A stretch of 64,000 nt of DNA from Harriotta raleighana (taxonomy: Eukaryota). Under the pieces are notes generated by a model. The model saw nothing but the letters and a program-made list of their open reading frames with translations, searched no databases and was not told the origin of the DNA. This document shows positions 12,927 through 27,261 of the stretch, piece after piece. The stretch is from positions 1,171,243 through 1,235,242 of the forward strand of contig JBNZDD010013568.1 in the NCBI GenBank assembly GCA_050575255.1, given 5' to 3'. The first letter of the stretch is position 1. Each line of letters begins with the position of its first letter. Position numbers and translations under genes: made by a program.

Positions 12927-13287
12927 GGAGTCTGTAGTTCAGTGGTTAGAGCATTCGCCGATCTAGCGAGAGACCTTGGGTTCTATTCCCGGCAGGGTGA
13001 AATGTGGGCAAGTTTCCTTACTCCACACGCATCTGCTTACCTATCAGTAAGTAGGAATCCAGTAGTTAGCCGATTGGGGCATTGCTTTTCTGGGCATAAT
13101 AATCCCTCAAAAAGAAAAATTTGGATCGCTATATCCCCGACTGTTTGTGGGACATTGCTGTGAGCAATTGGTTGCCACATTTTGCACAAAAATACACAGT
13201 CAATTAACTTTACAGTATATTCTGTGAAGTACTTTGAGACGTCTAGAAGAGGTGAGAAGCCCTCTATCAAATGTAAGGATTGTTATT
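12927..13287 (+). mobile_element. SINE family A, long variant
   Basis: A box tagttcagtgg, degenerate B box gggttctattcc, an extra ~60 bp at about 13030-13095, Deu-like segment and L2 tail. Confidence 0.85.
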
Positions 13288-14184
13288 TAAAAGATTGGTG
13301 CGCATTGCGGGATTCATTTCAGCAAAACAATCCATTGCACAATACAAGTATTCTACACAACCATGTACCACGATTTTCCATTATCCACTTCTACCTCTTT
13401 CTCCCCACCTCCACCCAGAGTTAACTGCACACTATCCTTCCCACATGCCCTCAATACATACATGTTGACATTTTCTTTCTTCGTGTAACTTGGATCTGCA
13501 TCACAGGGAGTGTATCTATTTGATAGGGTACCATCAAAAATCAGAGCCACCGCCATTTTTTCGTGTGATATATCAGCCGCATTTCAGGGCAGAGCGATTC
13601 TTGGAGTTGAAATTCGGACAGCAGCCATGGAATTAACTGGTCAGCTGTACCCTACGTAACATTAAAACATCAATAGCCCATTGTACCCCAATAAAATAGA
13701 CAGGATTTAAAGTAGCTTTTCAATTTTCTCCGTATTCTCAGCGAGCTTTGATAGGTTACTGAGATCTTCAGAATGAAAACAAACTATTAGAACTTGGACT
13801 GTTGGGAGGGAGATGATGGAGGGGAAGAAAATGCAATTCAGGCAATCTCCAAGTTTCATACAATGGAAATAATGTGCAGAAACTATAATAATTCAAGGAG
13901 CACTCATCATTTTCTATAGGTTCCACTTTGTACTGGAGTTACAAATCTCTCCCCTGTTCTGAGAAGAAGTGTTCTAATAATAAAAGAATGAATCACTACC
14001 ACAGTACAATGCTTTTCAGTACTTAATACAGAATGAGCGAGAGGCACAGATTAAACCATATCTCTGACTCAGAGTCTTACAGCTCCCAGTAGAACTTGCT
14101 ATTTATTAATGTTGTAGCCAGCAAAGCAAAATAAAAAAAGCTTTATTTCAAATGTCTCATATTGCCAGTGCTCCTTGTGTTCAA

Positions 14185-14198
14185 CCAGGAGATGGCAG
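14185..14198 (+). promoter_or_regulatory. Candidate CTCF site
   Basis: CCAGGAGATGGCAG matches 13/14 positions of CCASYAGRKGGCRS; motif match only. Confidence 0.35.
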
Positions 14199-16036
14199 CC
14201 TCAGTCTGAGCAGCTCCTCATACTGACCACACACACTGAAATCTCAATACACCACCGTGTGAAGAGGATTTCCTGCAATTTTGGCTACAGCTGTTAGCTA
14301 GAAAGCTGTGTGGGGTGGGGAGAGTAATCTACAGACTGTGTGTGTTAGTCTATATGCCTAACCACTTTGGGGGTTTATTTAATTGAAAATAATGGAAAAT
14401 AACAGCTGGCACTAGGCAAAATTCAGGTTTTAGAAAGGTACCTTGTTCCCCCTTCCCTGACACGCAATCCCTAACCGTTCCATCTTGTAGAATTGCTTTC
14501 AGACCACTTGAACGTATATTGGAGTACAATGCGATGAAACCAGTAGTCAGGCTCCTCAGGTCATTAGATGAAGGCAGTAAAAATGGCACTGGCTTGTTGG
14601 GAGCATTGGCACACTGTGGTACGTGCGCCTGTCGGGCCGATGGAGGAAAGCCCAGAGTGTAGAGCCGGCCACTTCTCACAGGGAGGCATTTAGGAGCCAA
14701 TTACACTGGGCGACTCTCACACAGCTCCTCACGGGCACAGTTGGCAGAGGTCTGTCTGAGAGTGCACCTGGTTGTCTACCCTTTCACGTAGCGAATGCTG
14801 TGTGATGCAGTCGTTAAACATTCCAAGACAAATAAGAATTGTTCTTTAGACAAGTCTCATGAGTCACCTGCTGGGCGCAGGCAAATTGCCAAAAAGAAAT
14901 TCTTCAAACACTTCCCACAGCCAACCAACACACAACAGTTCTACAAACAACTTGTGATATCAAAAGGCAAGTTTGTTTTTCCATTGTTATCCTTTTGCTG
15001 GGAAGATTCAATTTCCACTCAAGTACCGCCCTGAAAGGCTACGGATGTTTTAAATATTTACTCTTTATCAGTCTTGTAGTGAAGGCAAAACACTACCACA
15101 GAACTCACATTCAGGGTCACAAGAGAGCAGCAACATATGACTAGATTGGATCTAGAAAGCTGTCGGAATGCTTCACTCTGCAGCAAATGGAAAGCTGCAA
15201 ATCCCTCTGAACCTTAACCTTCTGCTGAAAGCCGAGCTCCCCTGAGACATGCTGAAAAGCTGTAACAATTCATGTTACTGTCTCCTCCAGCCCGGTTCAT
15301 ATATGATACAATAATATTTATTGGGGGAAAACAGCTTCCTTATTGATGACATTTTTTTTTCAGCACAAGTCTGTGCAGCTGACATCTGAACGGTGCCTAT
15401 TATGGGGAATGAAGTATGGTCTTAAATTATTCAAGGTGAACTCATCCATAACAAACACAAGGCCATGTCTAATCTGCTCCAGTAAGTGGCGCTACTGCAC
15501 CACAATACATCAAACAATCTCATCTTTCACTGGACCCGCTCAGATAGATTGTTATCTCTAACGTATCTCAGGTACTGAAGCTATTTCATTTTGTTCATCT
15601 TCAGCTCGAAGGAGAAGGTCGATAGAAACCGCACAAAACAATCCGACCAAAAGAATTCAAGAGGAAGCTTATCAAACCTGCAACCTTCACGTGGTTTTCC
15701 AAATCCAATCTAATAATGTGCAAGTCATTGAGTCCATTCAACACCGGACTGGGAACATTTTCTGGAACAAAATACAGCCCTATGAGGCAAACCGCTCTTT
15801 TCATAGAAGAGTCCACCAAGGCTGGCACCAAACTGACTCCAATTCTGTGAGGTGTAAGGTTGTTGGTTTATCTTAAATCTACTCTCCCCCCCCCCCCACT
15901 GACACTTTTGCTTCACTAAGTCCCGTTGAGGAGGCAGGCCGGCTACTTATATATAAGCGGTGCCCTGTGGACCTGCCTGTCTCATCGATGCAGAACATTG
16001 ACTCAGCTCTGCTCTCCTTTACCAGTCATGTCACCA

Positions 16037-19000
16037 TGGACCCAATTTGGCTGAACAAAACCCTCGCCATCTCCCCCAAATAGCACAACGGCTTTTACTA
16101 GAAATCCAAATGCGAAACCACAGCACATCACAATATCGCTTCATATAATGCAGTCTGCGGGAGCCGCAAAGCAGTAGAATTTGGGGAACTCAAGCACATA
16201 ATAGAAAGCCACCATCATCAGCTTGGAAGCCACTGGTGCTCAGCTGATGAGATGCAGTAATGGAAGTGTTGTAAACCTTACTGAAGAATGATGGCAACAA
16301 TAAGCAAGCAGAAAATTTGACATCACCCACCAGGAGTAAACCACTATAATCCTCCCTCTTATAACCATCAAAAAGCTTTAACAACAGAAAAGTGCAGTCA
16401 AGCTAAACAAATAAACAGCTTATGCGTGGGAGCAGGCTCCCTCCTGCTGGTCAGTACCAAAGCACCACATCGCTACATACAGAAAGCTGCCCTTTACGCA
16501 CAAAAAGAATCTTATGAGCAGCTTTACCTTTCCTAAATAAGCCGGTCGCCCTGTGACAACATGCAGCTGTTCATCAAATTAGTTACTGTTGTGAGTGCTG
16601 CTTAACCCTGACCCAAGTACTGCGGGATACGAACATAAGGTTCAAAGCCGGCTACAACTTGTGCCCGATTAAAACCTATTAATCTTAGCAGCTGCCGTAG
16701 AATGAAAGAAAAGGAGGGAGTTTCAAGGCAGTAACACAATCAGGGGTTCATATTGTGCCACCAACTGCTATAGCTAGCGTGTGCTCTGAACTCTTGACAC
16801 TGTGTTACTGACACGCTTGCCCCCTCTGCCAAATCGGACTGCTAATACCTCTCACCACCACCTCCAATCTACAGCAGCAAGTTCAAATAGATTTGCGATC
16901 GATTTTACAATCGTGACAGGTAGGTCTGACATCTCTGGCCATTGGCCCATGATTTGGGTTTGAATTCTGTACATTATTTTATTGGTCAAAGGATCAAAAT
17001 GTCATATGATGTACCTCAAAACTAACCAAGATTCATAGAATCTTACGGCACAGAAGGAGGCCATTCGGTCCGTCGCGTCTATGCCGACTCTTTAAAAAGA
17101 GCAATTTAATCCCACTCCTCAGATCTTTCCCCATAACTTCGCAAACCTGTCCTCCCCAAATAAATGTCTACCTCTCTTTTAAATCAGACAATCACAGACC
17201 ATGATTCAGCTCAAAACAATTACAGACCATGCACGATTGGGGAAACAAGTTGTTTGGCTGATGGCAGAGCTCAGGGTCACAGAATTTGTGTTCTTTTAAA
17301 ATATTTACGAGAAGCTGCATCCTCAAGTAAAGGTCGCACACACCAAGTGCCATGTGCTCTGCCACTGACAGTCAGATGTCAGTGTGTACCGTTGCTGTAG
17401 AGTCAATGTGACTTTTTCACACAAGTGTGAAATCCCAATCATTTATGCCATTTCCTTAATCTGTAACAACTGTGCATTCATGGGCATTTATTGCTGTTTA
17501 TAGCAGATTACAAATACATTTCTTTGCAATGAGACACGTTNTGGACCCAATTTGGCTGAACAAAACCCTCGCCATCTCCCCCAAATAGCACAACGGCTTT
17601 TACTAGAAATCCAAATGCGAAACCACAGCACATCACAATATCGCTTCATATAATGCAGTCTGCGGGAGCCGCAAAGCAGTAGAATTTGGGGAACTCAAGC
17701 ACATAATAGAAAGCCACCATCATCAGCTTGGAAGCCACTGGTGCTCAGCTGATGAGATGCAGTAATGGAAGTGTTGTAAACCTTACTGAAGAATGATGGC
17801 AACAATAAGCAAGCAGAAAATTTGACATCACCCACCAGGAGTAAACCACTATAATCCTCCCTCTTATAACCATCAAAAAGCTTTAACAACAGAAAAGTGC
17901 AGTCAAGCTAAACAAATAAACAGCTTATGCGTGGGAGCAGGCTCCCTCCTGCTGGTCAGTACCAAAGCACCACATCGCTACATACAGAAAGCTGCCCTTT
18001 ACGCACAAAAAGAATCTTATGAGCAGCTTTACCTTTCCTAAATAAGCCGGTCGCCCTGTGACAACATGCAGCTGTTCATCAAATTAGTTACTGTTGTGAG
18101 TGCTGCTTAACCCTGACCCAAGTACTGCGGGATACGAACATAAGGTTCAAAGCCGGCTACAACTTGTGCCCGATTAAAACCTATTAATCTTAGCAGCTGC
18201 CGTAGAATGAAAGAAAAGGAGGGAGTTTCAAGGCAGTAACACAATCAGGGGTTCATATTGTGCCACCAACTGCTATAGCTAGCGTGTGCTCTGAACTCTT
18301 GACACTGTGTTACTGACACGCTTGCCCCCTCTGCCAAATCGGACTGCTAATACCTCTCACCACCACCTCCAATCTACAGCAGCAATTTCAAATAGATTTG
18401 CGATCGATTTTACAATCGTGACAGGTAGGTCTGACATCTCTGGCCATTGGCCCATGATTTGGGTTTGAATTCTGTACATTATTTTATTGGTCAAAGGATC
18501 AAAATGTCATATGATGTACCTCAAAACTAACCAAGATTCATAGAATCTTACGGCACAGAAGGAGGCCATTCGGTCCGTCGCGTCTATGCCGACTCTTTAA
18601 AAAGAGCAATTTAATCCCACTCCTCAGATCTTTCCCCATAACTTCGCAAACCTGTCCTCCCCAAATAAATGTCTACCTCTCTTTTAAATCAGACAATCAC
18701 AGACCATGATTCAGCTCAAAACAATTACAGACCATGCACGATTGGGGAAACAAGTTGTTTGGCTGATGGCAGAGCTCAGGGTCACAGAATTTGTGTTCTT
18801 TTAAAATATTTACGAGAAGCTGCATCCTCAAGTAAAGGTCGCACACACCAAGTGCCATGTGCTCTGCCACTGACAGTCAGATGTCAGTGTGTACCGTTGC
18901 TGTAGAGTCAATGTGACTTTTTCACACAAGTGTGAAATCCCAATCATTTATGCCATTTCCTTAATCTGTAACAACTGTGCATTCATGGGCATTTATTGCT

Positions 19001-19045
19001 GTTTATAGCAGATTACAAATACATTTCTTTGCAATGAGACACGTT
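16037..19045. repeat. 1504-bp tandem duplication joined by a single N (likely assembly artefact)
   Basis: 16037-17540 is repeated at 17542-19045 with N at 17541; the one difference I noticed is g16881/t18386. Confidence 0.95.
17033..17183 (-). mobile_element. CR1 3' terminus (duplicated at 18538-18688)
   Basis: 'catagaatcttacggcacagaaggaggccattcggtcc' is the reverse complement of a typical CR1 3' stem-loop and tail. Confidence 0.75.
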
Positions 19046-20059
19046 AGCCACCCACTTATAATCCTAATCTGTGGGTTAGTAATCCAATAAGCATCGAGAT
19101 AAATCAGTGTACATTTTGCGGATTGAAATTAGGCAGATAATTATCCCCAGAATGGGCTGCTAATGTTTGCCAGGTAGCTGCTGAATGTAGACCTGCCACA
19201 GGGTACCTTTATATAACCCAGCCACCTCCCAGCGGCCAGCTGTACAGCCCTATCCATCTGTGCAGCAATTACATGTGAACATTGAGGACGGCTACGGTAT
19301 CTCTAGGTGGAGCCCTTATGGCATCATGCCTTCTGCTGCTGCCTCCTTCCCAATAGGTCAGAGGTTAATCAATGCCATTAGAAACAGCTTGGGTGCAGTG
19401 CAGATCAGACACACTACACTGTGGGGTACCTACCCATGATTACTCACACTGAGAATTCTACTCCAGCAGCAGAGCAGGTCCAGGAACATCATCCCCGATG
19501 GGAGGCGGGAGGGGAAGCGAGAAGAAATAGATAGCACTGGCAGATACACACAGCAATTAGCTAAGATAAGATAAGTGTTTCACTTGGCTGTGATATAGTG
19601 TAGGGAGACCTGAGAGAGAGATATATAGGAGAATGCATAAAATAACTTAGCAAGGAAAATAAACCACCAAGCCTTTTCAGGGCCATTTGAGAAATCTTGA
19701 ATCACTGACAAATAGTCTGCAGGGTAATAACTGTGCATTAATGGTTCATGAAAGTCAATTTCACAGCGTAAAGGAATATTTAAAATATGATCATCTTGAA
19801 TGGGATTAAGTGGTGTAGTTGGGAGCGAAACAGAAAGTACATCAAGGGACTTGTAGTGAGAATGTTTTAATGTTTAGAGCCTTATTTTGGCAAGCAGTCA
19901 GAATGAGTGCATGCAATACCGAACACTATAGTCCCGAGTTTCTATATCGCTTCCAGATTTTTAGTTTGCGACTGAATTTACTTTGATTTCACCCTTCTGA
20001 GGGCAGAGATTTGATCCAGCTTTTCAATAAAATCACTATCCATCAGTGCAAATTGCTTA

Positions 20060-20160
20060 ATACTACTAATAATGATCCTTTATTAGTATGTCTTTGATAT
20101 GTCTTTGAAACATCACAAAGCATTTCACAGAACATACTGTAAAGTAATTTGACTGTAATT
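20060..20160 (-). mobile_element. SINE family A tail
   Basis: 'aaagcatttcacagaacatactgtaaagtaatttgactgta'. Confidence 0.7.
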
Positions 20161-21194
20161 TGCAGCTGAGAGGCTGCGTCTAGCAACAAACACAAATTTG
20201 GTGTTGAAGATCATTCTGCACATGCACAGGCCCCAACTTCACAAATCACTTCAATTCACTTTCCCCACACTAAGAAAAGTGAGGCAATTCCCTGTGTGCC
20301 ATACGTTACTGGAGTAACAATGCTGGAGTTCACATGGTTTTCTATCAAAACAACCCAATAGAAGCTTCAAATATTCACTACCAATTCAAGGAGTTTCAGA
20401 ATCATCTCTGAAGTGTGAGGCGTTTATGATGAAAGATCTGTGTGTGTCAGGACTGGAGAAGGGAATCTCAGAAACCGACAGGTGTTAACCCCTGCCCTGC
20501 CTCGCACTTCTTTCCAATCTGAGAACTAAAGGCGCCAAGAGAGGAGAACATCAGCACTGGAAAGGAACAGCAAGACTTGGGTCTTTAAAGTCCCAATAGA
20601 AATTAAGTCTTTTCTCAAAGATCACATTTCTATTATACGATCACTACACTTTACAGAAATCTTGTGAAGTACAATCAGACATTCTTGTCATTTCAGCTAA
20701 AGCCAATTCAAGAAATATTCCTGAATGTAATCTCTAGTGATTTAGGTACTTCAATTTGCACTATAAATTATTCCGTTCATTTGCAATACAGTTCAGATCA
20801 GCCCAGAGAATCTATTTCTCACTCTGCTGCACAATAAGCTTGCAAACAATTTTGATGCTGCCCATTGTGACCTACAACAGGGAAGTGGTTTCAAGCCTTA
20901 AATACAGTCGACCACAAATCATATATAAAGTAACGGATGTCCTGAAAATACACCCCTTGCTTCCCATCAACATGTGTTTTGCAATTTACACCCAGCAAAC
21001 TGTCTCGGATGGACAAGATATTACAGGCAACAATGTTCACTGGTGATGAGTAAATACATTAAACGTGGTGCTGTACAGTCAATAACTTGATTGGGATCAT
21101 TGAAGGCTATACTTTCAACCCTGTCCTAAATCACCCATAAGATAAAAGTACAGGTTATAATCAATCTATGATAAATCAGTATGTTGCCAGACAG

Positions 21195-21424
21195 AACGCA
21201 AAAAAGTACAGATGCTGAAAATCTGAAACAAAAACAGAAATCGCTCGGAATACTCAGCAGGTCAGGCAGCATCTATGGAGAAAGGAAAGTGGGTCCATGA
21301 CACTTTGTTAGCACAAGGGAACTTCGTTCTGACGAAGTGTCTGAACCTGAAATATTGAATCACTCTCCTTTCTCCACAGATGCTTCCTGACCTTCTGAGC
21401 AATCCCTGGGGATTTCTGTTTTTT
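21195..21424. mobile_element. Palindromic hammerhead-core element (Penelope-like-derived, non-autonomous)
   Basis: Arms 'aaacagaaatcgc...caggtcaggcagcatctatggagaaagga' and 'tcctttctccacagatgcttcctgacc...atttctgtttt'; decayed core CTGACGA at 21329 and GAAA at 21349; central mini-palindrome acttcgt/acgaagt. Confidence 0.8.
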
Positions 21425-23388
21425 ATGCCAGACGGAGATTGGTTGGTCCAAACATATTTCCCTTCACCAGGAAAATTCTCACCTCATAAGAAGGGGACAT
21501 TGTCAGCACACTCCTTAAATCTCACAGAATCCTCCTGAGTCAGTTTTTGCTGTGTCGCCATGAAGACCACACTCATTCAGGATCAAGATCACCTAAATCA
21601 AATGGGATCTCCTGGGGTTTGAGCGTACCGCTGTCCATTACCAGCCCACGCAGAGTTTTTATTAGGAAACAGCAAGAGATGGGTATCAGGCGTTGATAGA
21701 GCCTTGTGCCAACCTCCCACGAGGCAGCTCAGGTCAACTGAGATGTCAAACTGTCACTCACAGCTACCAATGGAATATGCAACTCTAGCAATATTTATAA
21801 ATCCAAGACAAACATACATATGCAGCTGTAACTAACTGACAGTTGGGTTGGGTCTTAAACTAGCAGTTGGTGTTATACCAACTGATCTCTTTGTTTACAG
21901 ACATTATTACAGAGACCATAATCAGAATTAGATCTCTGGATGAGGATGGACAGTACTCCAGCATTTCTCTACCAACTGGATTTAGGGCAGAGAAGGAATT
22001 GAATTTTAAAAATTTACAATCACAGGAATTCATTAGATCTCGGGTTTCCTGGGATCCTGGAGTGCTATATAGGGACAGATTACAAGGTTGGGCCTCCAGA
22101 TGCCTTTTTTTCAATTCTTCTCCAAACTCCTGTGATTTTACTCAACATCAGATAGTAAAATGGAAACACACCCCAAAGGAAAGCATTCTGCCCACAGGAT
22201 TCACTATAAGACTCTACAATATAAAACTTTTATTTACTGTCCACACACTGAGTCAAAAGAAACAGTCGCTTATGAAAGTTTGAAAGGCTTCCAACATTCA
22301 GGAAGGTGTAATCCTCTAACATGAAACACACTATACAAATGTAAATTGTTGTTGTTGTAATTCTAGAGTGTTCAAAGGTGCAAAGTACACATTACTTCTG
22401 CTGTTTCATTAGATGAAACTTGGACAGATTAGACCCAGACGTCAGTTTGGCTGACAGAACAAGGGGTTATTAAAAATAAATTGAAGTTAGCTGACGTGGT
22501 TCTCAGAACTGCAACTATCTATGCAGTTTCTGCTTTGTATCTCACTGACACACAATCTAAGCCTGCATTAATCTTCTGGATGTTTGATTCAGGCTTTCTA
22601 TAACCTAAGATATTGCATGCAACAGCTATCATAAAACTAACAGGTCTGACATTATCAGGACTAACATGTAAATTACATTTTATTGCAACAATATATTTTT
22701 AAAAATCAGCATACTGCTTAGCAAGTGCACTGTAAAAGTGTGTCTCTCACACACAGATATTTAAGTTTAGAAACTACACTGACCAATATTGGGGAGTCAT
22801 TTCCTGGTTTGTTTATTTGAACATTAAACCGCTGAAGACAATCTCTCACAAAACAATTTCAACAAATTGAAGGGTAATATCTGGACATACACCACGACCA
22901 AACTAGTGACCTCATCACATCTGAGCAGCTTCAGAAAGATCCATTCAACCCTATTTTCCCAGTTTCCGGCACATGACAGATATGCACAGCCCCGCGATCC
23001 CGAGAGTACCTCAGCCAAACTCTAGGTATCTGAATAAGTGGCAACTGCAGCACAGTACCCAGGAGCTGTCACTCAGTAAGACTGACTTCCGAACAGATTG
23101 TCATAGTATCACACATTTTTGATTATTGCAAGAATAAATCCTGATTCTTAACTGAAGAAATATTGCAATGGCAAGCAAAATGCCTGGACTGACCTTCAAA
23201 GAACTCTTACACAAATTCAAAAAGAAGTCAAGGATGAAGGTCAGGTTAGTAGACATTTCAATATAGATCAGTGGAAAAACAGGATATGCTGAAGGACATT
23301 TTTTCTTTTCTGCCATTAACAATACCACTGGGACTCATTGAAAATGAAGGCAAGTAATACTAGTTACAGAGAACTCTAACCTGGCTCC

Positions 23389-24616
23389 ATTAATGGACTT
23401 GAATTAATGCGCTTCAAGACATTTTCCTTGAAAGATGCTAAATACGGGCAGGTTGTTGTTAAATTACATGACTCCTTTCAAAGAAATACAGCAACATAAT
23501 CTGTTTTCCTCTCCCTCCTCCTCCTCCTCCGGTCCCCCNTCAAAGAAATACAGCAACATAATCTGTTTTCCTCTCCCTCCTCCTCCTCCGGTCCCCTTCA
23601 CATTTTTCATAAACTATTTACATGGCAATAATTCAGACTATCATCTCAGTGATTCAAACAGACCCAAGAACTTAATTCCTGTTAATCCTCATCTTGCAGC
23701 TCCCCTTAGTGCTCCACAAGAGGCATACTTGTCCCCATCGAAATCCCACAAAAATAAGAGGCTCAAGTTGTTAAACAGGATTTTATTTTTCGGTCCAAAG
23801 CAGTGTGGTTCTTCCAGATACTGTCTCCCTAGTCACTGGACTATTCAGCTCGTTCACTTCTGAGATGGACTGTCCTAGATTACGCCATGAGATACATCAG
23901 GCTATCCTTGTTATTTCAATAGGTTTTGTCGGTGAGCTTCTGAACTCACTCAATTATAGTGCAACATTCATTTCTTAAAAAGGATCTGAATAGATTAACC
24001 TAAGCTTCAATTCAACAAGGACATTGGGGCAGTAGCCCATTCGTTCAGTAATATATTGCAATGGAGAGCACCAAGACCTAGAATCGCAGCCGCTATTCAA
24101 CCCATACAAGGATAACAGTTTCAGAGAAACAGGGATTGTTGATGTTCTTGTTGCACGTTCAATGAAAGCAGAATGAAAAGTGTCCCTCATCTCAAGCCTT
24201 TGGCTAAGACGGAGGTTTGATGAATTGACCATGTGCACTGTGACAAGGTCAGGGAGTCAGTAACGTGATAAGGAAGTGCAATCGGCAACTTGCAGCTGTC
24301 AGTTTCAAATGCCAACTGCATAGAAGTCAGAGGAATGAGTTTTGTTCAGCAAGATTCGAGAAGTCTCTTCAGCTTTCTCCTCATTTTAGATTCCCCTCAG
24401 CAAGAATACAAATAATCAGTAGAAATACATGGGCAGTGCTCGAAGGAAATATCTTGCTTTGAAAGTGTTTTATTAATGGACTTGAATTAATGCGCTTCAA
24501 GACATTTTCCTGAAAGGTGCTAAATACGGGTAGTTTGTTGTTAAATTACATGTCTCTTTTTGAAGAAATACAGCAGCATAATCTGTTTTCCTCTCCCTCC
24601 TCCTCTGGTCCCCTTC
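23389..24616. repeat. Diverged ~145-bp direct repeat pair (23389-23599 and 24472-24616)
   Basis: Both copies begin 'attaatggacttgaattaatgcgcttcaagacattttcct' and end 'ggtccccttc', with scattered substitutions; the first copy contains an N-joined ~60-bp duplication. Confidence 0.9.
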
Positions 24617-24624
24617 TGTTAATA

Positions 24625-24750
24625 GCCCCGCAGTAAGAGCTCTGCCCAGTGCATTACTACACCATGGGACTAGGAAGAGCACAGATTCCATCTCTTAGTT
24701 ATGTTGCGTTTGCTGATCTAAGCAAGGTGCTATAATTGGTCTCAGTATCA
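24625..24750 (+). mobile_element. LF-SINE-like 5' fragment
   Basis: 'gactaggaagagcacagattccatc...gtttgctgatctaagc...gtgctataattggtctcag' is colinear with the LF-SINE consensus as recalled and with the 60688 copy. Confidence 0.6.
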
Positions 24751-27261
24751 GGAGACTGTTCAATTTGTGTGAGTGTGTGTTTTCATTTGCATTGGTAATC
24801 TTGAATACTGCATTTTGCTCAGGTTTTTTTTGCTGATAAACATCTGCAAAATGAAATGATAGTCATCTTTTCAGACTTCTGTGCATTAACAACAATAACA
24901 ACTTTGATTTATATAGCGCCCTCCATGGCGGACGGCATCTCAGAGTGCTTAAACACAGGACACTTAGGTACACACAATGGGGCCATAGCTATACCTTTAT
25001 TTGCCAACAATCCACTTTAATCATGTGGTATGGGCAACTTCAGCTTTAGTCAGGTCTCAGGACTTCTCTATTGTGAAAATTTAAAACTAGTTGGGGCAGG
25101 AGCCACATAAGGAAATAGGACTCAAGTGTTTAAACAATTTAAAAATACAATATGAGGAATAGCAACTGAGCAAAATGACTCACTGAGGCAATCCCTCGGA
25201 TTAAAGCATACAAGCATTCACTGCATCATCAGTTTTAAACACTGTGGTTCTACAGTGGGTTCAGTGAAATCAGAAAGGAACTTTCTTTTTATAGCAGCAT
25301 ATCAAATTGAAAAGTCTCTGGATATTTCACAGGTAATTATAGGCAAAGGAATGACTATTTTTGTTGGCAAACTATGTGGCCATTTGTGCCTGCAAAGTCC
25401 CCAAGCTTCACTTATGCCATGAGGTGAATGACTTTGGAAGTAAATATTACTCTCCCAGGAGCTTGGAGACCAGATCTGAAATAGAACACAGTCTGGTCTT
25501 CATTGTGTCTGTATTTCTTTATAAGCAGATCAAACTTCTGCTGCACTTGTGTGACAGCCTGATGACACGAGAGATTAAAGAGTCTGTTTCAGAGAACATG
25601 AACTGGAGACTTAACATGCATAGAAGCTTTTGCATCCCAAAGTGAAAAGCGCTCTATAAATGTAATTTTGTTGTTGCATCAGTCAAATAGTACCTAGACC
25701 AAAGGCTGGGGAGAGTCCCACAGGAGCCAGACAGCCTGCCAATAGAGAAGGGCCTCCGCCAGCAATGTTGCCTTAACAGGTAGAAACTACCTCTGGTTGT
25801 ATCTCTGTCCCTGCAAGAGCACCAGCACTGCCTCATTCACCATATGGTGTTTCCAGCAGCTGGGATTGCTATGTCTGTCCATTATGGCGATTAATGACAG
25901 CTTTCCAGTACATTTCAAGCAGGGAACATAAAAACAACAATAAAATAGACAGGCACAGAAAGTTTCAAATTGAATGTTTCAATGCAAACTGAAAAGTGCC
26001 TTTTCCTTTAATCAATCTTTTGAAGATGAACTCAGATTTAGTGTGAAATTGAACCCTTTTCTGTTGTCTGCAGTTATTTGGATAAGAACTGATTTACCTT
26101 TCTGGGATGAATAAAATAAGGAAGAGGGTTCATACACTGCGATGACTCCAGGAGTTTAAAAAACAGAAGTGTTTTCATTCCTGGGCATATTATGCTTTTT
26201 AAAAAATCATTAAAAAGGCACAGTGGGTGCATTCTCCCCTCACCAAGGCTTCTGGAACTGAGTTGGCTGGCATGGTTTCAGTACTTAAAACAGCAGTGCA
26301 ATTCATAAAACATTTCGCTAATGACAGTAAATTAAACCACCCAGTGATTCCAACATAAAACATCTGCCAGCCTCTGTGCTGTGCCTTTCCTGCCTGTGGC
26401 ACAGTGTGACTCGGTGAAAAACAACAATTTCCTTGCCAAAAAGTTTTTATTTATTTAATGATGCATGACCACTGGGGGTTATTGGATTACAAAAATGTAG
26501 TCCTTACAATTTGGTTAATGTGTAGTCTCTGGCATCTATTCGTCCCTTAGAACTCTCATTACTGCTCCAACTACTCCCAACAGCCCTGTGCTGCACATTC
26601 TGCACAGTGGCGGATTGTTTGGCTATCAGCTGATATATCCTTTCATTAACATCGAGGTGGAGAAATGGCTAACAGTAATTGACAGCCAAAGCCAAGATTC
26701 ACTGTTAGAATCTGTGATGGAAAGTCACTCCACATCCACAGGTAGGAATTTTCCCTGACGGATCAGCAGTGGCTCTGGGGAAGGATGGAGGAAGCTGCTG
26801 GCAAGCTGATACATGGGCTAGGAAGAAGTCTAGTTAATATCAGCTGTTTTGTACTTTGTTACACATTGGGAGATTTCCAACAAGTCAGTTTGCTATGGAG
26901 TTTTGCACAGATTAATCCACTTAGGAGCTGCTTTGGTTTCTTCCAAAATGAGTGAATTCCTCTTCAGAACAAGCTGTTCCCTATAATAATGCCCCTGAGC
27001 CCCAGCCTCTCTAGCCTGGCCCATGTGTTATCACACTGATTGTGCAGCTTTCTGCTTCATTTGAAGCTCCACTTCAGATGTTTCTGATCTCGTTGAATAA
27101 AACTCGTCAATGGAGCATTAGATTTAGTGAAACATACTTTCCCCCGCGCCCCCCAAAAACTGCACTGGGTATACTGAATAAAGGGATTATTATCTTTAAA
27201 CGCTGATTTCACTCCCCATGTAATGAGAGGCTGACAAAACACTACCCTTTCAGTTGGGCAA

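Noticed and set aside
15601-15831. ORF ending IVLCGFYRPSP, resembling a LINE endonuclease YRPP motif
   Set aside because: A single short motif with no other endonuclease motifs nearby.
16037-19045. 1.5-kb tandem duplication as a biological CNV
   Set aside because: The copies are joined by a single N and are virtually identical (one SNP seen). This is typical of unmerged overlapping contig ends; read depth or long reads would confirm.
23478-23599. ~60-bp tandem repeat
   Set aside because: It spans the N at 23539 and the copies differ by one CTC unit, consistent with two alleles of a microsatellite.
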